Shown here one piece after another: positions 40,350 through 51,242 of a stretch of DNA of 64,000 nucleotides; position 1 is the first letter of the stretch, and each line of letters starts with the position of its first letter. The position numbers were made by a program, and so were the translations under genes. The notes beneath the pieces were generated by a model. It searched no databases. It was not told where the DNA came from and saw nothing but the letters and a program-made list of their open reading frames with translations. Source of the stretch: Camelus ferus. Taxonomy: Eukaryota. The DNA lies in the NCBI RefSeq assembly GCF_009834535.1, contig NC_045696.1:86554001-86618000 (forward strand), read 5' to 3'.

Positions 40350-43235
40350 GGAATAGATAATTCTTCCATTCTAACTAATTCTTAAGCCTCAACTAGGTAT
40401 CCAGTGTAGGCCCTGGGTATAAAGCAGTGAATGAATATAGTATCTGCACTCTTGGAACTCATATTCTAATGAGGTAAGGGGACCACAAATGCAAGCAGGT
40501 GAATATAAAATCTGTTTAACAGTCATAGAAGGAACGTGAAGTAATAAATTGGAATAAGAAAAATAGGCAAATAAATTTTTTTTAAAAAAACACCATTTTC
40601 CAACAGCATTTGCTCACTTCATGTCTTTGTGTCACATTTTTGTAATCCTCACAATATTTCAGAAACACAACAGTAATGAAATTGGGCCAATTAACAACTC
40701 TAAAATGGCCTCTAAATGTTCAAGCGAAAGGAAGAGTCACATGTATCTAACTTAAAGTCAAAAGTCAGAAATAATTACGCTTAGTGAGGAAGGCATATAA
40801 AAAGCCAAATAGGTTGAAACTTAGTCCTCTTGTGCCAAACAGTTAACCAAGTTGTAAATGCAAAGGAAAAATTCTGGAAGGAAATTAAAAGTGCTACTCC
40901 AGTGAACACAGGAATGACAAGAAAACTAAACAGCTTTATTGCCGATATGGAGAAAGTTTCAGTGGTATGGATAGAAAATCAAATCAGCCACAATATTCCC
41001 TTAAACCAAAGCCTAAGCTAAAGCAAAGCCTTAACACCCTTCAATTTTATGAAGATTGAAAATGGTGAGGAAGCTGCAGAAGAAAAGTTTGAAACTAGCA
41101 GAGGTTTGTTCATGAGGTTTCAGGAAAGAAGCCACCCGATAACACAAAAGTGCAAGGTGAAGCAGCAAGTGCTGTTGTAGAATCAGCAGCAAGTTATCCA
41201 GAAGGTCTAGCTGACATAATTAATGAAGGTGGCTACAGTAAACAACAGATACATAGTGTAAACAAAACGGCTTGATATTGGAAGAAGAGGCCATCTAGGA
41301 CTTTTATAACTGGAGAGGATAAGTCAATGTCTGGCTTCAGGACAGGCTGACTCTTTTGTTAGGAGCTAATGCAGCTGGAGACTTTAAGTTGAAGCCAATG
41401 CTCACTTACCACTCCAAAAATCCTAATGCCCTTAAGAATTATGCTAAATCCAGTCTATGTGTGCTATATAAACAGAAGAACAAAGCTTGGATGACAGCAT
41501 ATCTGTTTACAATGTGGTTTACTGAATATTTTTAGCCCACTGTTCAGACTTTCTGCTCAAAAAAAAGATTCCTTAGATAATGCACCTGCTCTCCCAAGAG
41601 CTCTGATGAACACAGTTAATGCTGTTTTCATTCCTGCTAACATAACATTCATTCTGCAATACATGGAGCAAGGAGAAATTCCAACTTTCAAGTATTATTA
41701 TTTAAGAAACACATCTTGTAAGACTATAGCCACCATCAATAGTGGTTCCTCTGATGGATGTGGCCAAAGTAAGCTGAAAAACTTCACCTTGGTGAAGGAT
41801 TCACCATTCTAGAGCCATTAAGAACATTTGTGATTCACAGAAAGGAGTCAAAATATCAACAGTAATAGGAGTTTGAAAGAAGTTGATTCCAACCCTCACA
41901 GATGACTTTGAGGATTTCAAAACTTCAGTGGAGGAAGTAACTGAACATATGATGGAAATAGCAAGAGAAGTAGAATGTAGAAGTGGAACTTAAAGATGTG
42001 ATTGAATTGCTGCCGTCTTATGATTAAACTTTAATGGATGAGGAGTTGCTTCTCACGCATGAGCAAAGAAAGCGGTGTCTTGAGATGTGCTCTACTCCTG
42101 GTGCAGATGCTATGGAGCTTGTGGAAATGACAACAAAGGATTTAGAATATCACATAAACTTAGATGATAAAGCAGCAGCAGAGTTTGAGAGAATTGACTC
42201 CAATTTTGAAAAAAAAAAAGTTATACTGTGGGTAAAATGCTGTCAAACATCATTGCACGTTACAGAGAAGTCATTCACAAATGAGTCAATTGACGTGGCA
42301 GATTTCAGTGCTGTCTTATATTAAGAAATTGAGACAGTCACCCCAATGTTCATCAACCACCACCCTGATCAGTCAGCAGCCATCAATATGGAGGTAAGAC
42401 CCTCCACTGCCAAAAAGATTATAGCTCACTGAAGGTTCAGATAATAGTTAGTATTTTTTACCAATAAATAAATTTTAAATTAAGGTATGTGCATTATTTT
42501 TTAGACATAATGTTATTGCACACTTAATAGACTACAGCATAGTGGAAACATAACTTTTATATGCACTGAGAAACCAAAAGATTTGTGTGACTAGCTTTAT
42601 TGTGATATTTACTTTATTGAGGTGATCTGGAACCCAACCCCCTAATATCTGCAAAGTATGCTTATATTGGGTATTTGGTGGGAAGAACATTCTAGGCAGA
42701 AGGACAAGCAGCTGTAAAGGTATCATTTTAGGAACTAACTTAGTATACTCAAACAAAATAATGAGGCAAGTGTGGCTAGATGGAGTGAGAATGGGGCAGA
42801 GGGGAAGAGAAGAGATCAGAGAAGTAGCAGAGTACAGCTAATAAAAGTCATTTAGATCAACATAAAGTCTTCTAGTTTTACTCTGAACAAGACACAAGAC
42901 AAAAAGTGGAGTTTGATCCAATGGGTGACATATCCTGTCTTCTTTTCAAAGAAAAACCCCTCTGAATATTGTATTATAAATAGAGTGGGCATAGATAGTA
43001 GACAGATGGCAGTAAGACCATTTAGAAAACTTTTACAATAGTACAGGCTAGATAAAAAGTTATAGATATGGAATCCATTCAAATCACACATGGATGGACT
43101 CTGAACACATTTTGAAAGTAGAATCAATGGGATTTATTGGATTTATTGACAAATTTCATGTGTGAGATAAGGAAAAATGAAGAATCAAAGATGACTCAAA
43201 GATTTTGACCTGAGCAAATGGATGATAATCTTGAT
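40350..43235 (-). mobile_element. L2 element split by Tigger1 (pieces ~40350-40563 and ~42667-43235)
   Basis: ggccctgggtataaagcagtgaat..cttggaactcatattctaatg; gggaagaacattctaggcagaagga; gaagaatcaaagatgactcaaagattttgacctgagcaaatgg. Confidence 0.8.
40564..42664 (+). mobile_element. Tigger1 (Tc1/mariner-pogo) DNA transposon; decayed transposase and truncated left end
   Basis: Peptides [47 protein letters not shown]; right TIR-like end aatatctgcaaagtatgctta followed by TA; many stops and frameshifts. Confidence 0.93.
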
Positions 43236-43729
43236 ACTACAGGGAAGGGTTAAATTTTTATCATCAACAAGGAAAAAAGAAAGTCAATCAGATACCTCAA
43301 AAAAAAGAAGAAAAAAAGAAAAGAAAAGAAAAAAAAATTAAGTAGTCACAGTCCACTAAGAGAGCAAAGTAAAATTTGACATGATCTTAAATAAAACGTG
43401 GAGCTAAAGTGAACATTTTTGACAATATAGATATAAAATATCTCCTTTAACTAGAATAGTAATATAATACTAGCATATTATCTGGCAAATCAATATATAA
43501 TACATACTTATGTACACATGCATACTAAGGTAAATGGTATATGGCATTTCTCAAACAATAAATGTGATACTGAAGAATTACTTATGGTTGTAGAAGAGAC
43601 TGCACATTCTGGAAAACTCATCGTCTTTGAAATGTTGCATCATAATGTGTTAATTTTAACAGTAAGTTTAAATGTAGAGTTACAGGAACAGGTTAAGAAG
43701 TGAAATGAGAGTTTGATGTGATAAAATGT

Positions 43730-43994
43730 ATCAAAGAGTAACACATGAAAGTTAAAACTATGAAATTCTTAGGAGAAAACACAGGTAGAAATCTTTATGA
43801 CCTTGGGATTGGATAGTTTCTTAGATATGAAACTAAAGACAAGTGAAAAAAAAATTAGACGTAAAATTTAAAACTTTTGCACCTCAACAGAGACTATTCA
43901 GAGTGAAAAGACAACCCATAGAACAGGGGGAAAAAACTAGAACTATTACATCTCAACAATAAAAAGACAACTCAATTAATGGCCAAATTATTTG
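43730..43994 (+). mobile_element. Old L1MB-like element, 5' piece (continues at 51243)
   Basis: aaaactatgaaattcttaggagaaaacacagg, aaaacttttgcacctcaa, aatggccaaattatttg. Confidence 0.8.
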
Positions 43995-44339
43995 TTTTGT
44001 TAAATTTCAAAATTATTATTATTTGTCTTAAAGTATACTTGATTTACAATGCTGTATTAGTTTCAGATTTATAGCACAGTGATTCAATATTTTTATAGAT
44101 TTCACTCCCTTTAAAGTTATTACAAAATAATGACTATATATTCCTGTGCTGTAAAGTATATCCTTGTTGCTTATATATTTTATACATAGGAGTTTGTATC
44201 TCTTAATCCTCTATCCTTATCTTCCCCCTCTCCTCCTCCCTCTCACCACTAGTATCCACCAGCTTGTCTTCTGTATATTTGTGTATGTGTATGTGTGTGT
44301 GTGTGTCTATATATATATATTAATTAATATATATATATA

Positions 44340-44381
<42 letters not shown>

Positions 44382-46344
44382 GTGTCTTCTGCATCTTTCT
44401 GGCTTGTAATGTTTCTGCAGAAAAATCAGCTGACAGACTTATGGGGTTTCCCTAGCATAGCACTCTGCTTTTCCCTTACTGCCTTTAAAATTCTGTCTTT
44501 AACTTTTGCCAATTTAATTATGATATGTCTTGGTGTGGGTCTATTTGGGTTAATCTTCTTTAGGACCCTGTGTGTTTCCTGTACCTAGATATCTGTTTCC
44601 TTCTTTGTTTGGGAAGTTTCAGCCATAATTTCATCAAATATATTTTGACCCCTTTCTCGATCTCTTCTTCTCGGACCTCTATAATGTCAATGCTGGTAAG
44701 TTTCATGTTAGCCCAAAGATCTCTTAAGCTGCTCTCATTTTTAAAGTTTGTTATTCTTTTTGCTGCTCTGATTGGGTGATTTCCAGTATTCTATCTTCCA
44801 GTTCACTTAAGTGTGCATCTATATCACTTAGTCTGCTATTCATTCCTTCTGGTGTCTTTTCCATTTCAGTTATTGTATTTTTCAGTTCTGACTGGTTCTT
44901 TATATTTGCTACTTTCTTATTAAAATTCTCATTGTGTTCATATATTCTTTTCCCTAATTCAGCTGGCATTTTTATTACTAATACTTTGAATTCATTATGT
45001 GATAAATTTTTTATTTGTTTCATTATTTTTTCAAGGATTTTTGTTGTTGTTGCTCTTTCAACTGAGACCAGTTCCTCTGTCTTTTCATTTTGCTTAACTT
45101 TCTCTATGAATTTATGTGATTTTATGTGACTCTATGAATTTATGTGAAACATTTACCTATCATAGTCTTGAATGGCATTGTTATGTGGTAGCATGTCTAT
45201 ACACTTTTCATGTGCCCAGTGCTTTGGGTGGGAGAGTTAGATTTGACAGAAACAGAAGTAATGTCTTTCCTCCAGGGTGTACTGTCAGCTAATGACTTGG
45301 TAGGAGGTGGGGCTGGAGATGAAGGAGCTAGGGTCCAAGGCAGGCATGAGGTGGAACTTTATACTCAGTGACCTTCACTGCTCTAAAGGGGGAAGACTGG
45401 GTCCGAAGTCAATAGAGCAGAAGTCCTGTGGGTCAAGTCTGAGTAGGCTCTGTTCTCTTAAAGTGTATCTCTCTGCTCTCCCAACACGAGTACCCTTGCC
45501 CCAGAGGGGAGTAGTGCTGGAGTAAGAGGGTCAGCATGGACTCTTGCCTTGTGACAGGGTGAGAGCTGAAGCAGGCGAGCCTCAGGCAGAGGTTCAGTCT
45601 GCAGTGGATGTGTTCTCTGTGCAAACACTAGCAATGGCAACTAAGTTTCCTTTGTTCCTCACAACTGATCACTCCCCCATACCCTGCTTCCCCTACCCTG
45701 TTTGTGGAGCTACTCTGCAGGGCAGGCAGGGCCCATGCGGCCCCTCAGTGTGTATGGAAAATGGGCTGTGGTGGTCTGGCCACAATTAGAAATCCTGACT
45801 GTCCCTGAAGCACTGCCCATGCAAGCATCTGCAAATGCCACTGCAGGTCCAGTTGTCTCTGCATCCCACTGTGGAACTCTCTCCCATCTCACTGCTCCAC
45901 TGAGAAGCTTTGAGGTGATGTAAGCAGGACTGGAGCATTAGCTCAGCTCAGGCTGGGATACATACTGAGGTGGTCATCGAAAACTGGACAGCCACTGGAG
46001 CAGTCCTCAATCTGCCCTCTACACTCTGCCTCAGGAGCAAGCCAGTGTGTACATACTCCTCACAAGTGGAGTCCAGGCTTCCCTGTTAGTCCCGTGGTCC
46101 TCCAACCAGCCAAGAGGACTTGTCTTCCCTGTGACTGATCTCAGATCTGTGGTGCCCATTTTGTGGCTACATCTGCTCACTCTCCAGTGCAGATCTCGGC
46201 CCAGTTTCCTCTGAGTCCCCTCCCACAGGCACAGGTCCCTACCTGATCACTCTTCTTTCCTTTCTACCAGATTTCATGTATATCTTTCTCACAGCCTTGG
46301 TTGTGTAAGAGTCTTTCTGCCTGTTTCCACTTACTTTTCAGTGA
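43995..46344 (-). mobile_element. ORF2-less L1 (half-L1-like): 3' UTR end, partial ORF1 and 5' UTR; its 5' terminus lies at 51142-51242
   Basis: 3' UTR 43995-44280; ORF1 homology 44385-45088 (MKRQRNWSQLKEQQ, SRLSD..SELEDR, NPISLSADFSAETLQAR); GC-richer 5' UTR 45130-46344; TSD ATTATTTG at 43987-43994 and 51243-51250. Confidence 0.8.
44281..44381. repeat. Compound (TG)n-(TA)n-(CA)n microsatellite
   Basis: Read directly from the sequence. Confidence 0.95.
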
Positions 46345-46908
46345 AAACAGACTTACCCTATGATTTGGAATCCCACTCCTGGGCATATATCCAGAGGAAA
46401 CTCTAATTTGAAAAAACACATGGACCCTAATGTTCACAGCAGCACTATTTACAATAGCCGAGACATGGAAACAACCTAAATGTTCATCGACAGATGTTTG
46501 GATAAAGAAGTTGTGGTATATATAAGCAATGGAATACTACTCAGCCATAAAAAGAACAAAGTAATGCCATTTGCAGCAATATTGATGGACCTAGAGATCA
46601 TCATAATAAGTGAAGTAAGCCAGAAAGAGAAAGAAAAATACCACATGATATCACTTATATGTGGAATCTTTAAAAAAAAAAAAAGGACACAAATAAGCTT
46701 ACTTACAAAACAGAAACATACCCACAGACATAGAAAATAAATTTACTGTCACTAGGAGGGAAAGGGGGTGGGGAGGGATAAATTGGGAGTTTGGGATTTG
46801 CAGATAAAAAAAAAGATAAATAGTTTAAAAATAGATAAAAATAAAACTATCTATAAACAACAAGTTCCTATTGTATAGCACAAAGAACTATATTCAATAC
46901 TTTGTAAT
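46345..46908 (+). mobile_element. Lineage L1 3' end, 5' piece (continues at 51003-51141 after the ERV)
   Basis: gacttaccctatgat, [35 protein letters not shown], 3' UTR up to tattcaatactttgtaat. Confidence 0.9.
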
Positions 46909-48270
46909 TCTTAAAAGCAGCAGCCCTACTTCCAACAGCTGCAGCTATCCTCCATTGCAAAGGACATCAAGTTCCAGAAAACAACATAGCCTGGGGCAAT
47001 GCTTCTGTGGATGCTAGTGCAAAAAGGGCCACCAGGGAGTCCATCAAACCCCAAAACATACCCAAACTCCTCCTCGTCTTTCCACAAATCAAACCCATAT
47101 ATACCAGAGACAAACAACACACACATCAAACTCAGGGTTGCCCTACGGTTCAGGGATGATTCATGCTCAATTCCAAAATCATACTCCCAAAATCATGAGA
47201 AAAACAGATCCTAGAACAAATTCACTCTCAGTTTCACTCGGGACGCCTCCCCCTCTATCAAACATTAACCCAGTATTTCCTATTCCCTACTTTACAGCAA
47301 GTCACTCTCGTCTGCACCACTAGGTGCAAAACATCCCCCCAAGAAGTCATTAGGCCACCACCTTTTCCCACACACCAAGCATGAGGACACCTCCCTGGAC
47401 AAAATTGGCAGCTAGATTTTACCCACATGTCCCCCTACAAAAAATTTAAGTATCTTCTGACCTTAGTTGACACCTTTACAGGATGGAATGAGGCTTTCCA
47501 ATCCACTTCAGAAAAGGCCCAGACCGTTTCTTCAGTCTTGCTACAGCACATCATCCCCCGCTTCGGGCTCCCAGCCAGCTTACAAACAGACAATAGCCCA
47601 GCCTTTACTTCTGAAATTTCCCAACATGCGCCAGAGCCCTAAACATCTCCTGTAAGTTTCATATCCCCTGTAGACCCCAATCCTCCGGTAAGGTGGAGAG
47701 AGCCAGTGCTCTCTTAAAACAACACCTACCCAAACTAACTCTAGAATTAAAACTCTCCTGGACCCAGCTTCTTCCTTTAGCTCTCCTCGGGCTCTGAACA
47801 CTCCCCTCAAAACCCACCAACTTAAACCCTTTCCAGCTGTTATACGGAAGGCCTTTGGCCTTACACAACCTCTCTTCCGACCCCCCAACTACCTGACATT
47901 TGGCCTTCTCTGCACCTCACCAGACACCTCATCCAACAATATGCTGAAGAGACCCTCCCATTGCTCTAAACATGTGAACCTACTGATTCACCCTTGGCCC
48001 TCTCCCCTGAGGACTGGGTATACCTGAGACAGAAGACCACCTCCACCTCGCTAGCGCCCAAATGGCAGGGACCCTATCAGGTTGCAATAACTACCCCAAC
48101 TACAGCCAAACTTGTGACCCTCCCACATTGGGTACACAACTCACAACTAAAAAGAGCCCCTTCTGATCCCAACCCTAAACAACAGATTCCCGCACTTCCA
48201 CTGCATTCCCTCAGGGGCAACCAAACTTCATCTGACCCGAATCCTGGAAGACAACCCACCATCTGTAGTT
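46909..48270 (+). pseudogene. pol: ERV pol remnant (RNase H C-terminus and integrase)
   Basis: HCKGHQ at 46953-46970; WQLDFTHM at 47406-47429; LLTLVDTFTGW; IIPRFGLP..QTDNSPAF; PQSSGKVER; KWQGPYQV (GPY/F motif); stops and frameshifts. Confidence 0.92.
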
Positions 48271-48685
48271 GACAGCCAAGAGCTCATCACCAATGATCAC
48301 CTGCCTAACTGACCCCACTAACGGCTCTTGACTTCTTGCCTATGTCTTCCTCATTGCCATCATAGTATTAATTCTTCTTGTCTGCTATTGCCCTCCTAGA
48401 TCAAAAATAAACCTTGCCCTATCTAGACCCTAAACCTTCAGGCTTTCAATGAACAGACCCCCTTGCCACTGCCCCTTCTGCACTCGAATTCAAAACCCCC
48501 TACAGGTAACTCTTGCAGAACAAATTCTCTTATCCTTATCTGAAACTCCCTTCTTTGGACAAACTCTCCTCACTTTCCTGTGGGATGCCTTCCTACAGGG
48601 GGATTTTACGCTCTGCTCCCAAGGGTGGGAGCTCATCTGTCATATCTTTGACCCTCATGACCAATCCCTTTCCCTTTCCACCAAT

Positions 48686-50325
48686 ATGAATAGACTCCTT
48701 TCCTACCTCTTTATCTTCATGTTTCCTTCCCCCTTCATGGGTAAATCCCAGTCTCCCTCTCCCACTATACCTTCATCGCTCCCTTAATCTCATCCTGGAG
48801 TTTATAGACCAGGGCAACTCCTCCTACACAACCAATTGCTGGATTTGCCTTCCCACTTCGGGAAACTCCTACACTGCCTTCCCTGCCTGAGTAATGGCAT
48901 GGATTACTACGGATCCTGGTCTCTACATCACCCCTGAATGAGGTTCAGCCTTCTGGGAGATCTCCAGGTTTCCTCTTCACTCACTTGCACACTGCTTAAA
49001 AAACGAGTGAGACCAGTAACTCACCCACTATGATGTCAAGGGATGGCCTATTATCAGTGCCACAGGACCATCAACTATGGTCGGGAAAATCACTCCACCA
49101 CTTTGTACCCCTCACTCCTCCTTTCCCCAAGGACACCCAATTGGCTCCACCAAAAACTGTAAGTACACCATTCTCATCCCTGCTCCAGATATCCAGACTC
49201 AGGATATGGATCCACTTATCCCCTATGGATCACCTGCCCTCCTACCATATCTCAGACTAACACAATCATCGGGTCCCTCTACTGCCAGGGCCACAACTCC
49301 TCTCATGTAAGTAACCTCTTGGGAATACAAGATGACAAAGGAGGTAGCCCCACCACATGCAGAAAGCTCTCCCCTCAACTCTTCAACTTTAACATTTACC
49401 TGGATACCCTCAGACACCACTTAGTCTCAGACAGACAGGCATCCCACCCTCGTCACACCAAATTTCCCTCCAGGCCCTCGGTGCTGCCACCATCTCTCAC
49501 TCTATCCAATCCTGGGAATGAAAGGGAGGTGACCACAGGGATGCCTCCTCTCTACATCCTTTCCTTTTCCTCCACATGCAGGAATGCCTTAATCCTAAAC
49601 ATGGAGTCCTTTTCCTCTGTGGATCCACCACATATCTTTGCCTCCCAACTAATTGGACTGGCACATGCACCCTTGCCTACCTCACACCAGACATTATTAT
49701 TACTAATGGAAATGTACCCATCCTACTCCCGGTGTGAACACCCTGAACCAAACGGGCCATACAGCTAGTACCCCTTTGGGTCCCCTGGGCATCTCAGTGG
49801 GAGAGGGCACCGGCACAGCAAGAATAACAATGGCCCTCACCAAATTCAAGTATTTGTCCCAGGAGCTCACTCAGAGACTCAGAGAAATAGCCCTATAGCC
49901 TGCCAACCTCCAAGATCAAGTAGACTCCCTTGCGGCCATTGTCCTTCAAAATAGACTAGCCTATCATAGACCTCCTAACAGTGGAGAGGGAGGAACCTGT
50001 GCTTTCTTACAGGAGGAATGCTGTTTCTATGCCAACAAGTCAGGAATTGTCCCAGCTGCGATCGCCAGCCTCCCAGAACAAGCAAGGAAATGCACTAGTG
50101 AGTCAGACACCTAGTGACTAAATTCTCCCTGGGGCTGCTGGTTGTTCCCGGTTCTGGGGCCCCTCATTATCATTAGCTTAATCCTGCTGTTTGTTCCTTG
50201 TATTATCCAGCTCCTCACTTCCTTCAAACAAGGGCAAATATTATCCAGGACGACAGCCACCATAACCCAGCTGTTACTCGCTACCCCTGGTACCAGCCTC
50301 TAACCTCCAGCCCATCCTTCACTGA
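48686..50325 (+). pseudogene. env: ERV env remnant (gamma-type SU/TM)
   Basis: Signal-like MNRLLSYLFIFMFP; NCWIC ~48834-48848; FLCGSTTYLCLPTNWTGTCTL ~49612-49675; furin site (R)TKR/AIQLVP ~49744-49773; ISD DSLAAIVLQNR; CX6CC (CAFLQEECC) 49998-50024; anchor WLFPVLGPLIIISLILLFVPC. Confidence 0.92.
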
Positions 50326-50677
50326 TGCCAAAACACCCAGAGCATCTTCTATATATACCAACTCCCTCTGATTACATCGGGGGTCTGGGATTAAAAGATC
50401 AATTGGCTCCCAGAAATCACCCGTTTTATGGGACCCCTACTTATACTAATCCTAGGTGTTCTTTTCTGCCCTTGCCTCCTTAGACTGATTTTCCAGCTCC
50501 CGAGCCAACTAGCCCAAACAACTGCCCAGGAGTAGATCGCCAACGTGCTGTCCCTCCGCCAAAACCAAGACTCTGCCGAAGAGATATCAATCCTGCCTCT
50601 TTCCCTTCCGATCTACACCACCCCTACTCAGCAGGAAGTAGCCAGAGACAAACGCCACCCCTCTTCCCTATTTATCA

Positions 50678-51002
50678 AGAGGCAGAGACTCCACCTTAAA
50701 AAATCAGCTGCCATCTTAAGCACTCACCGAAGACTCAACAGACAAATGGAAAGTACCACTCGGGACCAGAGCCATGGGAACACCCTGCTTCGCAGAAAAC
50801 TGTCCCAACCACAAAAATAGTTCCTTAGCTACCCATAGCAATGGCCAACCCCAACAATTTCCCCTCCCCTTCAATGCACTTTAAAACCTTCAGCCTGTGC
50901 ACAGAGAGCAGGCTCCAGTCTGACTGGGGAGCCCCTCTTCAGGTTTTTTCACAATAAAGCCTGCTTCTGCCGTGGAGCCATCTCTGATTCTTCTCTCTAA
51001 CA
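50678..51002 (+). repeat. ERV 3' LTR (~325 bp; start approximate)
   Basis: Follows cagcaggaagtagccag; AATAAA at 50953-50958; terminal TAACA next to the GTAAT repeat. Confidence 0.75.
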
Positions 51003-51141
51003 GTAATGGCCTATAATGAAAAAGAGTATGGAAATGAATATGTGTGTGTGTGTGTGTGTGTGTAAATGAGTTACTATTCACTATGCTGTATACCAGAAAT
51101 TAACACAATATTGTAAATCGACTGTACTTCAATAAAAAAAA
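51003..51141 (+). mobile_element. Lineage L1 3' terminus (continuation of 46345-46908), with (TG)n and A-tail
   Basis: cctataatgaaaaagagtatg...ccagaaattaacacaatattgtaaatcgactgtacttcaataaaaaaaa. Confidence 0.9.
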
Positions 51142-51242
51142 GAGTTGTTCCACATGTGGAAGTATTTTTGATATGATCATGCAGTAGGGAAGTTCACATC
51201 CTCCTACTCTGCTGCCTTGATTGAGCTCCTGTCCACGGTCAT
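51142..51242 (-). mobile_element. 5' terminus of the minus-strand half-L1
   Basis: Minus strand reads tcaatcaaggcagcagagtaggaggatgtgaact, a decayed L1 start (caagatggcggagtaggaggacg type); it joins seamlessly to ...ttttcagtga at 46344. Confidence 0.75.

Larger units (their letters stand above)
46909..51002 (+). mobile_element. Gamma-type (class I, HERV-H/F-like) provirus remnant: partial pol, env and 3' LTR
   Basis: RNase H, integrase and env motifs; LTR with AATAAA ending ...TAACA; GTAAT direct repeat at 46904-46908 and 51003-51007; C-rich composition. Confidence 0.93.

Noticed and set aside
40830..42324. TIGD1-like peptides suggesting a domesticated transposase gene
   Set aside because: Fragmented by stops, frameshifts and deletions, inside an ordinary Tigger1 copy
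45307..45923. Cluster of short ORFs and higher GC suggesting a host promoter or exon
   Set aside because: Lies in the 5' UTR of the minus-strand L1 and is CpG-depleted
48686..50325. Env as a syncytin-like co-opted gene
   Set aside because: Multiple stops and frameshifts, including a stop at the furin-site Arg and a disrupted ISD; no long ORF
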